DNA of 15,398 nt. Origin: a virus. This document shows positions 13,357-15,398 of the stretch, one piece after another. Within the stretch, counting starts at the first letter, position 1; every line of letters begins with the position of its first letter. The stretch is taken from IMG/VR virus record IMGVR_UViG_3300045988_074390. One strand, given 5' to 3'. The translations under genes were made by a program, and so were the position numbers. The notes below the pieces were generated by a model. It was not told where the DNA came from and did not search any database. It saw nothing but the letters and a program-made list of their open reading frames with translations.

Positions 13357-14196
13357 ATGGTAGGAAATATAAAGCCTTTATTCCCTTTACTTTGCTGTGA
13401 CGTCCCTAGCGTGTACAGTAATAAGCAGAGTTATTATGAATGCTTATGTTATATTGGGTATAAAGTTAATGAGTGTATAGGCGCTATCAATGGGTTTACT
13501 GATGCTTACAAACAGTACACAGATGAAAAAGTAGCAGAATTAAAAACGTATATTGACGGACTTAACCGTGATATCTACAACCATATCACGGAAGTGGAAA
13601 CGAATATCCGTCATGATATGGACACTAGAGATAATGAGCTTGACGAAAAAATCAATAAAGTACAGACAAATTTACTCGATAAAATCAGTACGTTAAACAT
13701 TCTGATATATGATTTAAACGCTGAGACAAGAGCGCATATCGACACAGAAGTTAAAAAACTCTATGATTATATCAATGATTATGTGCCAAATAATATGGAA
13801 GTACTTAACCCTGTTAGAGGGTATCGTACAAGCTTGAACCAAGCATTAGCTGATATGTATGATAACCTACGTTATTATGCTTTGACCTGTAACGAGTTTG
13901 ATTCCTTGAATTTAAGTTGTACAGAATTTGACGGGTTATCAATTAACTGTACAGAGTTTGACTTGTACGGTGCAAAAAGATTCAGAGTAGATAGCAACTT
14001 ATATATGCATGACCCGTTTACAGGCGAGTATGTTTTTTACCAAGATGTAATTTACAAGCTTGCAGAGTTGCATTTTGATGACCCAATTACAGCTAGCGAG
14101 TTTGACGCTTTATTATTGACGGTGACAGCATTCCAGTCTAAAGCCTTAAGCGCTTATACATTTGACAGTAACGCAAAAACGGCGTTAAAATTATAA
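13357..14196 (+). CDS. Tail fibre / appendage protein (279 aa) with a coiled-coil and xEFD decapeptide repeats
   Basis: SD AAGGAGGTG is present. The N-terminal SYYECLCYIGYKVNECIGAINGF resembles the conserved N-terminus of Gram-positive phage fibre proteins. The centre has heptad character. The C-terminus has C(N/T)EFD repeats. Confidence 0.5.
   Translation: MVGNIKPLFPLLCCDVPSVYSNKQSYYECLCYIGYKVNECIGAINGFTDAYKQYTDEKVAELKTYIDGLNRDIYNHITEVETNIRHDMDTRDNELDEKINKVQTNLLDKISTLNILIYDLNAETRAHIDTEVKKLYDYINDYVPNNMEVLNPVRGYRTSLNQALADMYDNLRYYALTCNEFDSLNLSCTEFDGLSINCTEFDLYGAKRFRVDSNLYMHDPFTGEYVFYQDVIYKLAELHFDDPITASEFDALLLTVTAFQSKALSAYTFDSNAKTALKL
13888..13977 (+). repeat. Three tandem 30-nt (10-aa) repeats encoding C-[NT]-E-F-D-x-L-x-[LI]-x
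   Basis: TGT-AAC/ACA-GAG/GAA-TTT-GA(T/C) recurs at 13888, 13918 and 13948. Diverged copies (ASEFD, YTFD) lie downstream in the same ORF. Confidence 0.8.
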
Positions 14197-14219
14197 ATTA
14201 AAGGAGGATTTTTAAAACT

Positions 14220-14927
14220 ATGAGTTCAACAAACAAAACAACCTATTATGATTTAAGTCAGTATATCGGTACTGACAAACCGACATATTTAGGAGATTAT
14301 AATTCTGATATGAGCAAAATTGATACAGGTATTCACAGTGCAGATGATAAGGCAACCACAGCTTCACAGAATGCAGGAAGCGCAATTGCTAGAGTTGGTG
14401 AAGTTGAAAAAACTGTGAAGTCACATACCAGTGCTATTACAACATTGCAGACAGATGCTACAAGTTTGAAAGAGAGTGTAAAAACAGCACAAAATACGGC
14501 TACCTCAGCAGATGGAAAAGCTGACAGCGCACAGCAGACAGCCAATAGCGCACTTTTGACTGCTAATAATGCCAGTGCTAAAGCCGATAATGTGAATAAA
14601 GATGTGACACTGTGGAGCGGTAGCGTTAAGAATCAGCCTGTGACACTTAACGATAGCTTGACTAATTACAGATTTTTGTATGTTGAAACAAATGCAGGCA
14701 TTTCACCTGTATTTGTTTATAGAAATGACAAGAAAAAATACGTTGGTGCTCAACAGGTTTTAAAAGACGGAGCAACAAATACCGTTGCCACTATCACCAT
14801 CATGATAGAAGTTACTGATGATACACACATTAAAGTTAGTGCTAATGCTATGGACCATGCGTTCAGTAGTACACATCCGTCACTTGACTCTATCTATACT
14901 TTGGGCGTTTATGGTATTCCAAGATAA
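14220..14927 (+). CDS. Putative receptor-binding tail fibre protein (235 aa)
   Basis: The N-terminus is YYDLSQYIGTDKPTYLGDYNSDMSKID, a fibre-anchor-like motif. An Ala/Thr/Ser/Gln-rich coiled stalk follows (ATTASQNAGSAIARV...TATSADGKADSAQQTANSALLTANNASAKAD). The C-terminus is a globular strand-rich domain. Confidence 0.5.
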   Translation: MSSTNKTTYYDLSQYIGTDKPTYLGDYNSDMSKIDTGIHSADDKATTASQNAGSAIARVGEVEKTVKSHTSAITTLQTDATSLKESVKTAQNTATSADGKADSAQQTANSALLTANNASAKADNVNKDVTLWSGSVKNQPVTLNDSLTNYRFLYVETNAGISPVFVYRNDKKKYVGAQQVLKDGATNTVATITIMIEVTDDTHIKVSANAMDHAFSSTHPSLDSIYTLGVYGIPR

Positions 14928-14940
14928 GAGTAAATCTTTA

Positions 14941-14976
14941 ATACTTAAACCCTCCGCAATAGGAGGGTTTAAGTAT
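14941..14976. terminator. Bidirectional intrinsic terminator between convergent genes
   Basis: A 15-bp perfect stem ATACTTAAACCCTCC (14941-14955) / GGAGGGTTTAAGTAT (14962-14976) has a 6-nt loop GCAATA. Flanking sequence is T/A-rich on both sides. Confidence 0.8.
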
Positions 14977-15257
14977 TAATCTATTAATTCTATCAAATTA
15001 TTATAATCATTCCAATAATACAAATCGCCATTATACGTCACCAAAAAATCTTTATTTGATGTATTATCTCGCCCCTCTAATAAATAATATTTACATTCAA
15101 CAATCTTATTATTAATAATATCAACATGTGTACCATAACATACAGCATTTTCTTTTAAATAATGAATGAAATCTTTCTTTGTTTTTTCTTTCATTAATTT
15201 TACAGTTTCCTTTTCAAAACTAAACCATCTAATTATATTTCGTTTTTTAAACCTCAT
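14976..15257 (-). CDS. Hypothetical right-end early protein (93 aa), the only leftward gene
   Basis: SD AAGGAGGA lies 6 nt upstream of the ATG on the minus strand. It is driven by the right-ITR promoter. No recognisable motif was found. Confidence 0.75.
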   Translation of the reverse strand: MRFKKRNIIRWFSFEKETVKLMKEKTKKDFIHYLKENAVCYGTHVDIINNKIVECKYYLLEGRDNTSNKDFLVTYNGDLYYWNDYNNLIELID

Positions 15258-15288
15258 TTTTATTCCTCCTTATATTTACTAAGTTTCA

Positions 15289-15398
15289 TTGTTTCTATAA
15301 TTATAATACCACAGGTCAGATTATTTGTCAAGTATTTTTTCGTGCTTTTTTAATCAAATGGGGGACGTGTTCTCATTGGGAATAACGAAAGCCCTCTC
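15289..15398. repeat. Right inverted terminal repeat (110 bp, perfect)
   Basis: Exact reverse complement of 1-110, ending at the last base of the window. Confidence 0.97.
15300..15331 (-). promoter_or_regulatory. Early promoter inside the right ITR (mirror of 68-99)
   Basis: The sequence is identical to the left ITR promoter by ITR symmetry. On the minus strand, TTGACA is 15326-15331 and TATTAT is 15303-15308. Confidence 0.7.

Overview
The window appears to be a complete 15,398-bp linear genome of a small phi29-like podophage that replicates by protein priming (Salasmaviridae/Picovirinae type). The host is probably a low-GC Gram-positive bacterium. Perfect 110-bp inverted terminal repeats sit exactly at both window ends, and each carries an inward-facing sigma-A-type promoter. 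No integrase or lysogeny genes, tRNAs or CRISPR arrays were seen. Gene order, left to right: an early/replication module (tail-anchored membrane protein, AbrB-fold regulator, putative terminal protein, type-B DNA polymerase, two small acidic proteins); a gp16-like packaging ATPase; a 254-bp non-coding gap with its own promoter; a BhlA-type holin and GH25 endolysin; a tail-associated peptidoglycan hydrolase; scaffold; major capsid; a small ORF with no Shine-Dalgarno (SD) sequence; tail knob; portal; lower collar; two fibre-like proteins; and one leftward early gene driven by the right ITR promoter. Five things are most worth a second look. (1) A candidate -1 programmed frameshift at the capsid gene's 3' end (slippery heptamer, 8-nt spacer, 10-bp stem) would fuse the capsid to the SD-less ORF. 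(2) A 62-aa ORF just downstream of the polymerase gene retains polymerase motifs B and C and is bracketed by a duplicated promoter. (3) The 18-bp perfect palindrome ATGTTTCACGTGAAACAT occurs four times, plus three degenerate copies, and delimits the ATPase, non-coding and lysis modules. (4) The promoter-driven non-coding gap next to the ATPase gene has long-range pairing and is a candidate packaging RNA. (5) The first early protein combines a methyltransferase-like DPPY motif with a C-terminal membrane anchor. All functional calls come from reading motifs by eye; no database search was run.
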